DNA of 64,000 nt from Eledone cirrhosa (Eukaryota): contig OZ024740.1 of assembly GCA_964016885.1 (NCBI GenBank), forward strand, positions 383,222,001 through 383,286,000, written 5' to 3'. The notes beneath the pieces are model-generated. The model saw only the letters and a program-made list of their open reading frames with translations. It was not told the origin of the DNA and did not search any database. The position numbers and the translations under genes were made by a program. Position 1 is the stretch's first letter. Every line of letters starts with the position of its first letter. Shown in pieces: positions 26,930 to 40,816 of this stretch.

Positions 26930-27122
26930 ATATTTGTTTCTACTTTTGGCACCAGGCCAGCAATTATCCCAGTGCATTACTGTAACTTTATTTTATCGAC
27001 TCCGTAAGGATGAAAGGCAAAGTTAACCTCGGCAGGATTTGAACTCAGATCATAAAGGGAGGTAACACTATGCTTCAAAGCATGGCGCCCGACCCTCTAC
27101 CGATACTGCCAATCCACCGCCC
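26930..27122 (-). mobile_element. SINE, same family as 47766-47950
   Basis: Reverse complement of ggcggtggattggcagtatcggtagagggtcgg...ctttgcctttcatccttacg..gtcgataaa. Confidence 0.85.
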
Positions 27123-27217
27123 TAATAATAATAATAAATGTGAAGACTAATCTGTTATATTAATAAATTAATATATATATATACATATGTATATAAATGT
27201 ATATATAAATACATATG

Positions 27218-27275
<58 letters not shown>

Positions 27276-28882
27276 TGTGTGTGTATGTATGTGTGCCTTT
27301 ATACATGTGTGTGTGTAATGTATTTTATATTATACTTTATTTCATATATATGAGATTTGTTTGTGTGCCTAATGGCTGGAAACTTACTTGCCTCTACCTC
27401 ATTTAATTGATCCTGTTTCTTGCCACTATTGTGAATGTTTGGAATTGATACGTCGGTTACGTTGCCGTTGTGCGTACATTATCTATGGCCGTTCCGGTTT
27501 CCGTTTTGTGATTCATGATTTTTTACTTAGCTGAATGTCCACCCGTTTGACGACTCACTCAAACACACACACAATCTTTTTGTTATTCATGTAAAAACTA
27601 TTTTGATAATCACTGCATGTATGGGGCTTAGATGTTTTCATGTTATGTTTTCCTATTCATCACTCTTTCAAACTCTACCAAATTTCCTTTGTTGAAGGTG
27701 TCAAGTCCTCATTATTTAATTTGTTAGAACTGATTCGTTTTCAAGTGATGGTGAATCTCAGTAGAAACAAATCATAATAGAAAGGGACACACATGAAATG
27801 TTATAAAATTAGCAATACAAATAACATAATATATTATTTCTGAAAAAATCGAATTAAGTTTAGATACAGAATTTACATTATATTTAATACATATTTTGGA
27901 TTATTCAAAATTCATTTAAAATAAGTTTAAGACAACGCATCTATTCGATTACGTCCAGAAAGTTGTGCCATGTGACAAAACATGTGACGTATAGATGAAA
28001 TACGCAATCCATTTTAGATTATGAGTTCTTTGACTAACTTGAAAACCGGAGAAAATATACTCCTTACCTTCAAATACATTCCTTTTCGAATGGACTAGGA
28101 ACTGCAACTGGCTACACTCTCAACCCACATACGATATACTTGTGCATACACAATAGAATGGTATGTATATTTATATGAATGTGTGTGTGTATGTGTGTGT
28201 GTGTGTTTTTGTGTTTGTGTGTGTGTATGTTTGTGTGTAAACCATCTATTTTTAGAAATGTTGAGCGATAGGAAATTTTGAATTTGAAAGGTAGAAACAT
28301 AAAAAAATAGTCCATACATTTGAGTCAGAAGACATATGGCAGCATTGCCCATGGCACTTGAACACACCCAAGCTATATACCACTACACCGTGCTATATAT
28401 ATTCAGTATATGGTATATAATTTGTGTGTGCATCCATGTATATTGTATTTGCGTTTGACTGTGGAGGTGAAATTATTCGTCTCTTTTACCTATTAGTTAT
28501 TTCTTCATTCACTGGGAATGTTTTGTGTTATATATAATAGAACAAAGCATTCATTGACGAATAGTAGTGATCAAAGTATTTTGTGTGTAATCTCCATCAT
28601 TTTTAGTTTAAATCTAACGTCTCGTTTGCACTTTTTTCATACAGAATCAATATCGACTTCTGACAATACTTCTTCATTCTAGTGGAATAGTAATGTGTGC
28701 TTATATGTAAGTGTCTACGATTATGCGCGTGTGTGTCAATAAAAACAGAGATATCGATGTTGATGAAAAATGATTTATAGATAGGTAACTGCACAGAGAG
28801 AGGAAAGGGAAGATGTATAGAGAGATATGTAAATGAAGAGTGAGTGAAATTGAGTGACAGAAGGGGAAATAGAGAGACTGTG

Positions 28883-28997
<115 letters not shown>

Positions 28998-29887
28998 TCA
29001 GGTAATGTTTTTCTTTGATACAAGTTTTTATAGCTAGCTAGCTATTATGTACAACGCATACTGGGAACTATGAAAGAACCCGGAGATTACAGAAAAAAAG
29101 AAACAAAAAGATCTCGCTCTGTCGCTATAGGGGGTCGATGCGTTGAAGATTGTATTAATTTGAAAGAAATATTACTTTCATAGGCCCAGAAGAAAATAGA
29201 TGGATGGTTTACAAGAAATCGAAACGTACGAGTTATATAAAAATAGTTCTTCCACTCTCTAAGAAGTGGGATGTCAGATATTCTAAGTAAAGAATTCAAG
29301 CGTTTATATCATATTATGGCGAGAGTGTGTTCTCTAAAGTATCGGGTAGAAAAGTTTAGTTTTGCTATGTTATAGTTTACGTTTATTAATGAAAATTAGA
29401 TGAAAATAAACACAGAAAGAAAAAAAGGATGACGAGAAATAAATCAAATAATGAAAAAACGGCAGGGAAATGTGGAGAAAATATAATAAAACAAGTAATT
29501 GAGACTGAATGTAAAACAACAGATTGTATCTTTACTTGATGCAGCAATATCAAAGGAATGCTGCAAATGGATTAGTCACATTGTTCCAAGTTTAGGAAAT
29601 GGAAGTTGCCAAATATAGGAAAGTAATAAAAACAACAAAATGCCCCAAATTATATTAAAAACAGGCAGAAAAATAAGTATATCTGGCTAACTATAAATGG
29701 GCAGGAATGGCAAGTGAGAAGCGATAAAGTAAGTTCTCCGGAACAAAAAGAATGGCAGTATGAATACTGGGGAATTCTGTCCAGTGTCAACATGATCGAG
29801 ATTCAGTTACCAGCCACATGCTTTCGTGTTTGCACAGTAGAATTAAATATTCGACCACAACGCCGTACATTGGATTTCATAAACACG

Positions 29888-29965
<78 letters not shown>

Positions 29966-29969
<4 letters not shown>

Positions 29970-30145
29970 GTGGTTACACAACAATTAGTTCGCCATACCG
30001 AGAACAATTGTTTCACCTTAGCGGATCGTGAGCTCGTAATGGACATGGTTATACGGAATAACCATGTCCATTACGAGGTGAGGATCCGTTAAGGTGAAAC
30101 AATTGTTCTCGGTATGGTGAACTAACTGTTGTGTAACCACTTCTA
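29966..30145. repeat. Near-perfect hairpin carrying only the 3' half of a hammerhead
   Basis: agaagtggttacac...ggacatggttat acgga ataaccatgtcc...gtgtaaccacttct; arm contains GAAA caattg TT. Confidence 0.9.
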
Positions 30146-30206
30146 CCTAACTCGTCCCATGGAATGAGTGCTCTACCACTACGGATGTTACCTTCCAGTG
30201 TTCTAC

Positions 30207-30285
<79 letters not shown>

Positions 30286-30592
30286 CCTTCGTGAGCCACC
30301 TTTTTTAATGTAAATAAATTCAAACACACACACACGCACACACACACACACACACGCACACACACAAGCACACAAATAAACACACATATCTTTACTTTCT
30401 TTATTCAATAGAAAATCTGAATTCTGACACCCCAGCGAACTAACCATATTCACTGAACCAGAACAATTCTCCCATCCCTTTCTCTTGACCATTATCTTTC
30501 ACTTATCAAAAATTCTCTAAAAAGGCTACAGAATGGATTTCCAAATAAGGGCACAAAAATTTAATGAAAATTTGTTCACGTGACAGCCATAA

Positions 30593-30961
30593 ATTGGAGT
30601 CTTGTTTTTTAAAAAAATATATATATTTATTTGGTTCCTTTACCGGTTTCGCAGTTATAATTATTGACAAACCAATCAAATTACTTCTCGAAAAACCTGG
30701 CAATTCGAGCCACTTTTTCCATATAAAACAAGTAACATTCAGAGACCAACCAGATGTGAGAAAAAGCACAGACCCTCCATCTCAACTCACCTTTTGAAAA
30801 GCTGAAGAACTGCGAAACCGGTAAAGGAACCAAATAAATATATATATTTAAAAAATAAATAAGACTCCAGTTGCATTTTCGATTTCATCTCTTTTTCTTT
30901 ATACTTTTACTCGTGTAGGACACCTCGGTTATTTTTCATTTTGTAAAAAAAAAAACCTCAC

Positions 30962-30970
<9 letters not shown>
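30593..30970 (+). mobile_element. Penelope-type terminal repeat (U3-A8 family) with inverted stub
   Basis: 30593-30656 is an inverted copy of about 30808-30872; the body matches 24272-24467 and 45270-45500. Confidence 0.8.
30790..30827 (+). ncRNA. Minimal hammerhead, U3-A8 core variant
   Basis: cctt TTGAAAA gctg aagaa ctgc GAAA ccgg TA aagg. Confidence 0.65.
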
Positions 30971-31020
<50 letters not shown>

Positions 31021-31049
31021 TATATATATATACATATATATATATAAAT

Positions 31050-31129
<80 letters not shown>

Positions 31130-31232
31130 TTATATATATATACACCTACACACACACATATATGTATATATATATATATATATGTGTGTCTGTGTATATC
31201 TATATCTATATATAGGTATATACATACACATA

Positions 31233-31356
<124 letters not shown>

Positions 31357-31367
31357 TGAGGTGTATA

Positions 31368-31720
31368 GGAACGCCAGTGGTTTTGTGATTAGGGTGTTTG
31401 GCTCACGAATAAAACACCATAAATCCTGAGTTCAATATGCTCAGCCTGGCTGTGATATTTACCATTGAAAAATACACTTTATTTCACGTTTCTCTAGGCA
31501 CCACATCTGGCAAAATTAAATTGTATATGTAATGCAACGAACTAACCTTTGCACATATTGTGTCATGCTGAATCTACCTGAGGACTACGTGAGGACTACC
31601 TAAGGGGTGCATGTGTGTGTGGAAAACATAATCATTTATTAGTTAATTTCACGAGTATAAAATTTCTTTGAAGCTATCAGATGGAGCCCCCTTCATCCGA
31701 TCGAAGGATATCCCAAAACA
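31368..31720 (+). mobile_element. Old tRNA-derived SINE
   Basis: tggttttgtgattaggg (box A-like), gagttcaat (box B-like), then aaatacactttatttcacgtt similar to the SINE at 13886. Confidence 0.5.
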
Positions 31721-33074
31721 GTAATATGAAAGCATATACAGCATGGTTACATAATGTAAACATATATAACGTATCGCTATAAATAAAGTAAAGTTATAAT
31801 ATATATATAATTAAATGTTTAGTATGAGAAAGCTGGGTCTATGTGACTATATGAGTGAGTTATGGTGGTATATGAATTGTTATAGTGAGGAAAACCTAGA
31901 GAGAGGCAGACATAATCTGAGAATCGGTGAGTAGCGTTTTAACTAAAATAAAATATGCAGTCACAGACAGAATCTGAGTGTCGGGCAGTGAGTGGATTTC
32001 TAAGTAAACGATAAGATAACAGTGTAGCTGATATTATGAAATTACGGAATGCAACAATTTGAATGTTAATAGGATGGGTGTAAATAAGAAAGCAACGATA
32101 GAAAATGGAACAAATACAGAAATATCATTGCTTTAACTATGTGAATGTGTCAATGCTAACTATTTAGATATTCTTCATAGTCACGTTGTGGAAATGCTGA
32201 GTCTCAAAGACAGGAATATTCCAAAAAAATAGGCTCGAATACAAAAACCTAATCCTTCCAAATAAACAGCGTTTCTAAATTAAATTTAAAAGACTATCTG
32301 GCAAGGACTGCAAGGAATCACCTTTTTTTTTATTCCATTTTATTTTATATTCGTTCTTTTCTTTTGTTTTATTTTTATTACGTTTCATTTTTCGTACTTT
32401 CTCTTCCTCTTCCAATCACTTCGACGATGATATATTCTTCTCACTATTCATTTTTTTCATCTTCATTCTCTTTCTCACTTACTTGTGCTCTCTCATTCAT
32501 TCACTCTCTTTCACTCTCCCCCTCACTCCCCTCTTCTCTCCTTCACCCCCCCCCTCTCTCTATTTCCTTTATACCCACGCATGCATACGTATGCGTACGT
32601 GTGGGTGTGAAAATGTTTTAGCTTAACATTGACGGAAAATAAGTACGGAAATCTAACTAAATGCGGAAAGATATGTATAACGTATGTTGTCTGGGACGAG
32701 TAGTAGATAAATCAGTTCTCGTAAAATTACTTGTATTTGATTTGGTTTGTTTTTACATTCTAAGAATAACACGGTAGTCAACAACACATTCAAGAACAGC
32801 ACAAGAACAAAAAATATCACCACTACGTTATACGAAATTTAAAAGAAAAACATCGAGAACAGCAAGTTATGCAAATCTAATTGTATTGCTTTCCGTTCCT
32901 GGACTAGCCATCATGCTTTGGCACGGCCGTCTAAAGATTTAGTCGGTTATGTCTAACTCAGTATTTCGCGCTTCACGAAGCAGGTTTCAGTGCCGGATTT
33001 TTGTATTTATATACTTCAACACAGATACATAACGTACGCGGGTTTCCCCCCCCCCCACACACACACATATATAA

Positions 33075-33105
<31 letters not shown>

Positions 33106-33153
33106 CACACACACACACATTAAAGCACACACACACATGCACGCACACACTCC

Positions 33154-33229
<76 letters not shown>

Positions 33230-34130
33230 ACGAGAGAGAGTGATATATATATATATATATAATCTATTGTAATTAAACGAGTGGAACATTTTGACAAAAC
33301 GGCACAATACAGAAACAGACGATTGAAACAATCACGGAAATGACGGAAATCACACAAAAATCAAAAAAATATTCCTCGAGCTTATCCTGAAGCGATTTTC
33401 TGAACTACATGGAATTTCTAAGATCATGTCTGCTAGCAGACACTGGTGAGTACGTGATGCTGGAGTACCTGGATGCTGGAGTACCTTCGTTATGAGAGTT
33501 GCAACACATCCACCAATACAATACGAAATCTTATCAAGATAAAAGATAAACTCATAAGAGTCACCAACTACCTAGGAAAATTTACAGGAGGTGGCAAGTA
33601 ACTTGGAAGATTTCCAGAATAATAACTCATAAATGTTGCATCCTATACCCTACGCAAGCAAAACATGCGTAAACCTGTTAGAATGATGCATCTATGGTAG
33701 CAAGAAAGTTGAGTCACAATTGTGATACACATGTTATTTTGTTTGTGTTGGATTATGTTTATGATCCGCTTCGTTGTATGTCTGGAAAGTTAGAAAAATT
33801 CAGCAAAAGAAAAGGAGTTTACCTAAGATGTAGACGTCTATATTAACAAAGATCAATATTGATTTATAACTAATTTGCCTTCTTACCTTACCTAGTATGT
33901 ACCCCATTTTCCTGTCTACCAATCGAGGTTTCATACTTGATAAGACATAATGGACTACGTTATGCAGAACGTTACTCCACCGAAAGAAATATTTTGTGTA
34001 CGTCATCTAATTGCAGTTGTTTCTATATATTGAGCACCTGTGTGATTTCCTCGACGAGAAAATCCACATACGTATGTGTGTGGGCGTGTATATGTATAGA
34101 TATATGCATGCATATATATATATGCATGCA

Positions 34131-34201
<71 letters not shown>

Positions 34202-35265
34202 GTAGTATGCGTGTTCGTATGATTTATCTAGACTACTCTAAAGTGTTCCGGAATGAAATATTGTATTATCTTAAATAAATATATATATATATGTATAAAG
34301 ATCTGACAGATAGCCCACGCGGTAGACGGACGAACGCAACCATATTAAATCATTTAGTTTTGTCGCTATATTTCTGACAATATTTGAACTTTGTATGATC
34401 TATATATTTCGTAGCTGTCGCTGCAATTTAATACGTAAATCTAATATACGATTTTCAATTAAATCGACAATACACTTACGTTTAAGATGCATCGAAAGGA
34501 ATGGAAGAGATAATGAAATGTAAGAAAGAATAAAGTGGAAAACAAGGGAAATAGAGGATCTGAGGACAGACAAGAATGCAAAACAGCGAGAGGAAATAAG
34601 AAAAAATGAAATAAAGAGAGAATGCAAACTACAATGATAGGCGATAGCCTGTTTGGAAGTTGAAAGATATAATCATAAACGTTACAACAAATTAGCCGAA
34701 TATCAATACAACAGACAGAAGGCAGTAAAGTTCTAATGAAATGTCTCTTACAGAATTACGCTTACAAGACTCAATGAATTATTACTACTATTATCATTGT
34801 GTTAAGAGGGCGCCGTCCCATTAATACAATTGATTAGTGTCAACACTTCTTATATAACATGCTCTAATCTCTGTTTTAGAACAACCATACTCACGCATCG
34901 GCGTCTCAAAGGACACGCATACAAAATCACTCACCAATCACACTTGTTGGTTTATAAATGATGGTATCTCCTGTCATATTCAAATATCAATTATTTCTTT
35001 CCATTTACTTATATGTTTATGATTATTTCTAAATTTATTTTATAATATTTGGCATAAGCCATTTTTCCTCATAAAGATTTCACATTATTCCACCTCGACC
35101 CCTTCCATCTTTGAATAGAAAATAAATCGAGGAACTACACGCTCATATATATATAGTAATAATAATAAATTTGAAGACTAAAATCCAAAGAGGGCTCGAT
35201 AAGGATAAATATATATCAAATATATAAGAGCCGTAGAGCAAATAATTATTAAAATAACAGATTAA

Positions 35266-35316
35266 AGTTTAAGCAAAGAATCGCTGCTTTCACCCTTAAC
35301 GGGATCTTCTGAAACT
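35266..35316 (-). ncRNA. Type I hammerhead, core CAGAAGA
   Basis: Reverse complement: agttt CAGAAGA tccc gttaa gggt GAAA gca gcgattctt tgc TT aaact. Confidence 0.65.
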
Positions 35317-35678
35317 AACAAAGTCAATCTGTGAACGCAGAAGTGAATATTTCAAAAAGCGTTGCAACCGGAGGAAGACAGGAAGACGATACTTTGGTTC
35401 GTGGAAACGTTCCCTGGCAAAGAACGGGACAAAACGAATAAAATACGTCACTATTTAGAGCGGTGAATATTAGTCTACGACTTCTTTTATACCATAAACA
35501 TGGTTCTGTCTTTGCGTGTAATTGTTTTTCACCGCTCTAAATAATGACGTATTATATTCGTTTTTTCCCGTTCTTTGCCAGGGAACGTTTCCACGAACCA
35601 AAGTATTGTCTTCCTGTCTTTCTCCGGTTGCAACATTTTTTGAAATATTCACTTCTGCGTTCACAGATTGACTTTGTT

Positions 35679-35729
35679 AGTTTCAGAAGATCCCGTTAAG
35701 GGTGAAAGCAGCGATTCTTAGCTTAAACT
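35679..35729 (+). ncRNA. Type I hammerhead, core CAGAAGA
   Basis: agttt CAGAAGA tccc gttaa gggt GAAA gca gcgattctt agc TT aaact. Confidence 0.6.
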
Positions 35730-35754
35730 TTAATCTGTAATTTTAATAACTATA

Positions 35755-35819
<65 letters not shown>

Positions 35820-35822
<3 letters not shown>

Positions 35823-35930
35823 AAAATGTATGACACAGAGAAGAAGGCCCTAGGAATATTTGTAGCCACTTCAGAGTTAAAAGGGGGGTTGAAATATGTA
35901 TTCAATCTTCTTCTATTCTTTTTATTTCTA

Positions 35931-35971
<41 letters not shown>

Positions 35972-36709
35972 ATTATTATTTCTACGGTTACTATGTTCAC
36001 CTAATTTATGCGGGGAGCTGCGAGGCCTACCATTGCTATTACTTAGACTAATGGTACCCTGCTGGTTCATTTCACCGGCATTTAGAACCCTCCTATTCGA
36101 GACACCTCTATTACCAATGGACATATTATGTGTTACAACAACACTGGAAGAGCTACTATTAGGACTATTATTTCCCTGGGTATAATGCAATTTGTCCCTA
36201 AAGCCGGATCTAGCTAAGGCATCATTATAGTAATCAGCCTGCGAGTTAAACGCCTCTTCGCTATGTGAGAGTGAACTTATTCTGTTAGATACGCCCTTCA
36301 ATATACCACTGATGACCGACCTAGGGTGGTTAGAGTTGGTATTCACGTAAGTCAGCAATTCATTAGGCTTATGGTACGGTGTGTACGTATGGTTATCCAA
36401 GTCTAATGTAACATCAAGGAAGTTAACAGTTCTATCGTTTATATCCATAGTAATGGACAGATTAAAGGTTTTAAAGAAACTATGCAGCTTTTTCCTAATG
36501 CGCACTATATTATACTTACTAATATCTATGGAGAGTAGGGCGTCATCCCGGTACAACCCACCCCTAAGGAATGGGAAGTTACTATGTAGTTCATTGAGGA
36601 GGTATAGCCCAACTAAGTCAGTGACCTGAGCAGAATCACTTGACCCCATAGTAATGTCAAAATTATCCGGTGTGTTTTTTCTCGTCCATAGATTTCTCGG
36701 ACATAGCAC
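35820..36709 (-). pseudogene. Penelope-like (Naiad-like) RT fragment, open but truncated at both ends
   Basis: FDITMGSSDSAQVTDLVG, GGLYRDDAL, VNFLDVTLDL, PYHKP, SNHP, YFNPPF. Confidence 0.9.
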
Positions 36710-37544
36710 CTGTTGATTATAAATCTCATTTGAGCATTTGATTGTTGTGATATGGCTAACTGTAACACTTAAGGCGTTCGTGTGCCCCTAATATATTCAA
36801 AAAATATATATCTTATCTCACTTTACTTTATTTTATTTTATTTCATTGTATTTTATTTTATATAATTTTAATTTAATTTAATTTTATTTTATTTTATTCT
36901 TTACCCTTTATCTTTATTATCTGTATATTTTATATATATTTTTTATATTTTTTATATATATTATTTGTCTATTTTTTATCTATTTTTTATCTATTTTTAT
37001 CTACTCTTATCTATCTTATCTATTTTTGTCTATTCCTTATCTATTCTCTATCTCTTATCCATGGTTAATCTATTTTTTATCTATGGTTAATCTATTTTTA
37101 TCATTTGTTTATCTTACTTTTAGCCATTGTATTTTTACCCATTGTATATCTACCATTTATCTCTTAGCTTTTGCATACTCGTCCATGATATGTTATTTGT
37201 ATTAGTCTATACTATATGTGTTGCATATGGCTGCCTGTTGTGTGGTTGCATGCGGGTGCTCATGCTTATGCGTATGCTTGTATGTAACTGTATGTTAACA
37301 ACACCCTGCCCAACTGCGAGTGATAGCACCTCTTATTTTTCAATGCTTATTTTTCAATGTTTATTTTTTATTTCTTCAATGTTTATTTTTTACTTTTTAC
37401 TATTCTTTATCCTCCAATTTTATTTTCTACACTATCTCACTCTATTCACTCTACTCTTTAAACTCCTCCCAACTTATGGCATCCCCATATATATTCTTCT
37501 GTCTTGGCTTTGTTAATGCTTGTGTAATATGTACTCACTCTTTA

Positions 37545-37590
37545 TGCTCTGATGAGTCCCACTTATAGTGTGGACGAAACACTGTTAGCA
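37545..37590 (+). ncRNA. Type I hammerhead, GUU site, probably in an inverted pLTR next to the RT fragment
   Basis: tgct CTGATGA gtcccac ttata gtgtggac GAAA cactg TT agca. Confidence 0.85.
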
Positions 37591-37635
37591 ATTAAAGATA
37601 TACCTATGTTCTAAGCGTTCTTTGTTGTTAATTAT

Positions 37636-37711
<76 letters not shown>

Positions 37712-37985
37712 ATAATGAAATTATTGTGTACAGTGCTCAGGTGCACTACAACTCATCAAAGGTGCATGTATAGTACATAGAATAATGTACAAATGTCAGG
37801 AAAATAAACAGTGTATGAGTCATGATATATTAACAATAACGAAATATTGTGCACAGTGCCCAGGTGCACCACAACTCATCAAAAAAGTGCATGTACAGTA
37901 CATAGGGCAATGCACAAACATTAGTAAAATGAACAGTGCACGAGTCATGATACACACATGTGTGCATGTGTATGGAAGGGGTACA

Positions 37986-40816
37986 TCAGGTGTAGTTTTG
38001 GCGTATTTTAGGAAGCATGAGTGTCTTAAAGGATGCAGTGTCTCGGCAGCTAACAATTGACGCAGGCAGTTTGTTCCATGCTTCAGCAACTCTGAGCGTG
38101 AAAAAATGTCTGCGAAAGTCATGGGAGCTGTGCTGTTTTCTTATCTTGTAGGCATGTCCACGTGTGTTAGACACATGGAGATCAAAGAGGCGCTCAGGGT
38201 TGCAGTTGGCGAGATGGTTAAAAACTTTGTGGGTATTCACCAAGTCCATTGCCAGACGTCGGAGCTTCAATGAATCCATGCCCCGGGAAGCAAGGCGTTC
38301 AGAGTATGGTAGGTGTCTGATGGAGGGTATGCGCTTGGTTTCACGTCTCTGAACAGTTTCCAGGAGGTCAATGTTCCGAGCAAGATAGGGGTTCCAGACT
38401 GATGATGCGAATTCCAAGTGTGGTCGCACCATAGCTGTATACAGTTTTAAATAGATGGCTGGAGAGCGGCTAACAAAGGTCTTGCTGAGTGATGCCAATA
38501 CACCCTCGGCCTTCTTGACAATCTTAGAGACATGCTTTGTCCAACGCAAAACGTTGCTGACAGTAATGCCCAGGTCACGTTCACAAGAGGACTTTTTGAT
38601 GTCAGTGTTGTGGAGGGAGTATGTGGACGCTGGATTTATCCTTCCAAACTGCATGGTGGTACACTTGTCCACAACCAGCTTCAGTTGCCAGTCTGTGATC
38701 CATTGCTGCATTGTGTCCAGGTCTGATTGTAGGAAAGAGTTGTAAATTTCAGGATCAGTCCTTTTGATTTCAAGGTACAGCTTGATGTCATCTGCATATT
38801 TTAGTACCGTGGCATTCTGTAAGTTGGCATCTATGTCATTAATATATGCCACACACAAAAGAGGACCAAGAACAGATCCCTGTGGTACACCAGATGACAT
38901 CTCATATGGTGAAGAATGCTGTCCTAGAACCGTCACTACTTCCTTTCGGCTGAGAATGAAGGATTTCAGCCAGTCGAAAAGATCATCCCTCACACCCATT
39001 GCAGAGAGTTTTGCCATAAGTCTTTTGTGTGGCACAGAATTAAAAGCCTTAGCAAAGTCAAGGTAAACAACATCCACCCATGAGCCGCTGTCAGTGATCC
39101 GGGTGATGTCCTCAAGAAACTCGATAAGCTGATCACAGCAGCTGGATTTAGGAATAATTCCAAACTGTGAGGGCCGGATGAGGCTGTGAGAGCTCCAGAA
39201 GTTCCAAAGTGTTTCTCTGACACAGGATTCCATCAGTTTGGCCATACAGCTAGTAAGACTGACTGGACGATAGTTGACAGGTGACATGCGGTTGCTTTTT
39301 TTGAACAGGGGAATGACACTGGCAGTTTTCCACTGCTCCGGAGTAGCACCATTGCTGAGACAGTATTGAAAGAACAAAGAAAGCTGGCGCAAAAGGAAAT
39401 CCCCGCCACGTTTGAGAAGCAGGTATGTCACACCATCAAGACCAGGGGAGGCATAGTTGCGCTTATTCTTAAGGTGACGTCGCAACATTGCAGGTGTAAA
39501 TTCCATAGTTGTTATGGAATTTGATGTTAGAGATGGTGGAGATGGTACATTCTGGTCTTCAACAGTAAAAATACTTGCATAGCACTCAGCAATGAGTTCT
39601 GCGCATTCCTTGGGATCGTCAGTGATCTGGCTTGTGTGGGGATTGCGAAGAGGACCAACTGGAGAGTGAGGTCTCTGCTTTGAATGAACATATTTCCAGA
39701 ACACCTTACTGTCAGGATTGGTTGCGATGCACTGTTCAAATTCAAGCACTGCCTTCTTTGTCACTTGCTTGAGATGGTTAGAAGATTTATTCCGCTTTTT
39801 TCTGTTGGCATCTGATCTATGCAGTTTATATTCCCGTTCAGCGTTCCGACGTTCTTTCCTGGCAAGTCGGACCACTGAAGTTTCCCAGATTGCACTTTTG
39901 GGGTGGTTATTTTTCCGCTTCTGTGGCACTGATGCTGCACACGCTATCCATATCGAGTCCAGGATACTCTGGTGTATAGAGTTCACATCTCCAGAGTTAT
40001 ACATCTCATGCCAGTTTGGGCGCTGTAGCTCAGTGCAGTACAAGTTCCAATCCGCCCTCTTCCAATCAAAGCAAGCAGATTGGAGATGGCTCTGGTTTTT
40101 GTTGCTGCCCTCAAGTGCCAGATTGGCAATGATCATAGCAGGATCAGAGTCGCCTAGAGGTTCCTCAGTAGTACAAATGATAACCACTTCAAGAGTAGTG
40201 GTGAAGATCAGGTCCAAAGTGTTGTCACCTCTTGTCGGAGAGGTGACTACTTGTGACCAGTTTGAGTCCAGCACTAGTTCAAGGAAATCGTTTGCACCCT
40301 GTGGCCAACGAAAGGTTTCCCAATCGATCTCAGGATGATTGAAGTCACCTGCAATAAACACATAAGTGGCTGTTTTCTTGGCAGCAACTCTGAGGATATC
40401 GCAAAGCTGTGTGTCCTGATGGTAGTTTGGGGGTCGATAAACAACACCAAGCAGAAGTGTTGACATGGTCATACGTATGTCACAGAAAAAACTTCTTCCT
40501 GTGATTCGTTCAAATCAACGCAAGGAATTACCGAAAAGTTTGAACGAACGTAGACCATCACACCACCACCACGGCGGTTAATGCGGTCCTTGCGGAAAAG
40601 GTTGTACCCAGTAATGTTGAAAACCCCATCACAGAGTAAGGAATGTGCCCATGTTTCCGTGACTGTGATGAAGTCAGGGTCGATGCTTCTGACGTAGGAT
40701 TCGAACAGATGTATCTTGTTGCATAAACTGCGAGCATTTAAGGACAACAATTTGTACCCTGCTCGCAGTTTATGATGGTGTGTAGAGGGTGGCAGGTTGT
40801 TCTGGTTTAGTTTCCC
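37986..40816 (-). CDS. CR1-type ORF2: APE endonuclease plus reverse transcriptase, with one frameshift near 40487
   Basis: SLNARS, VTETW, RGGGV, VVYRPP, AGDFNHP, NYRPVSLTS, YLDFAKAFNSVPH, GVPQGSVLGP, KYADDIK; 828-aa open piece; adding one base to the A run at 40486-40491 joins the two pieces. Confidence 0.9.

Larger units (their letters stand above)
35153..35750. repeat. Fold-back of the terminal repeat of the element at 48150-50220
   Basis: 35245-35466 is inverted at about 35525-35750; the sequence matches 48150-48520. Confidence 0.9.

Noticed and set aside
29183-29237. CAGAAGA...GAAAcgtacg
   Set aside because: No stem I or stem II pairing and no UH site.
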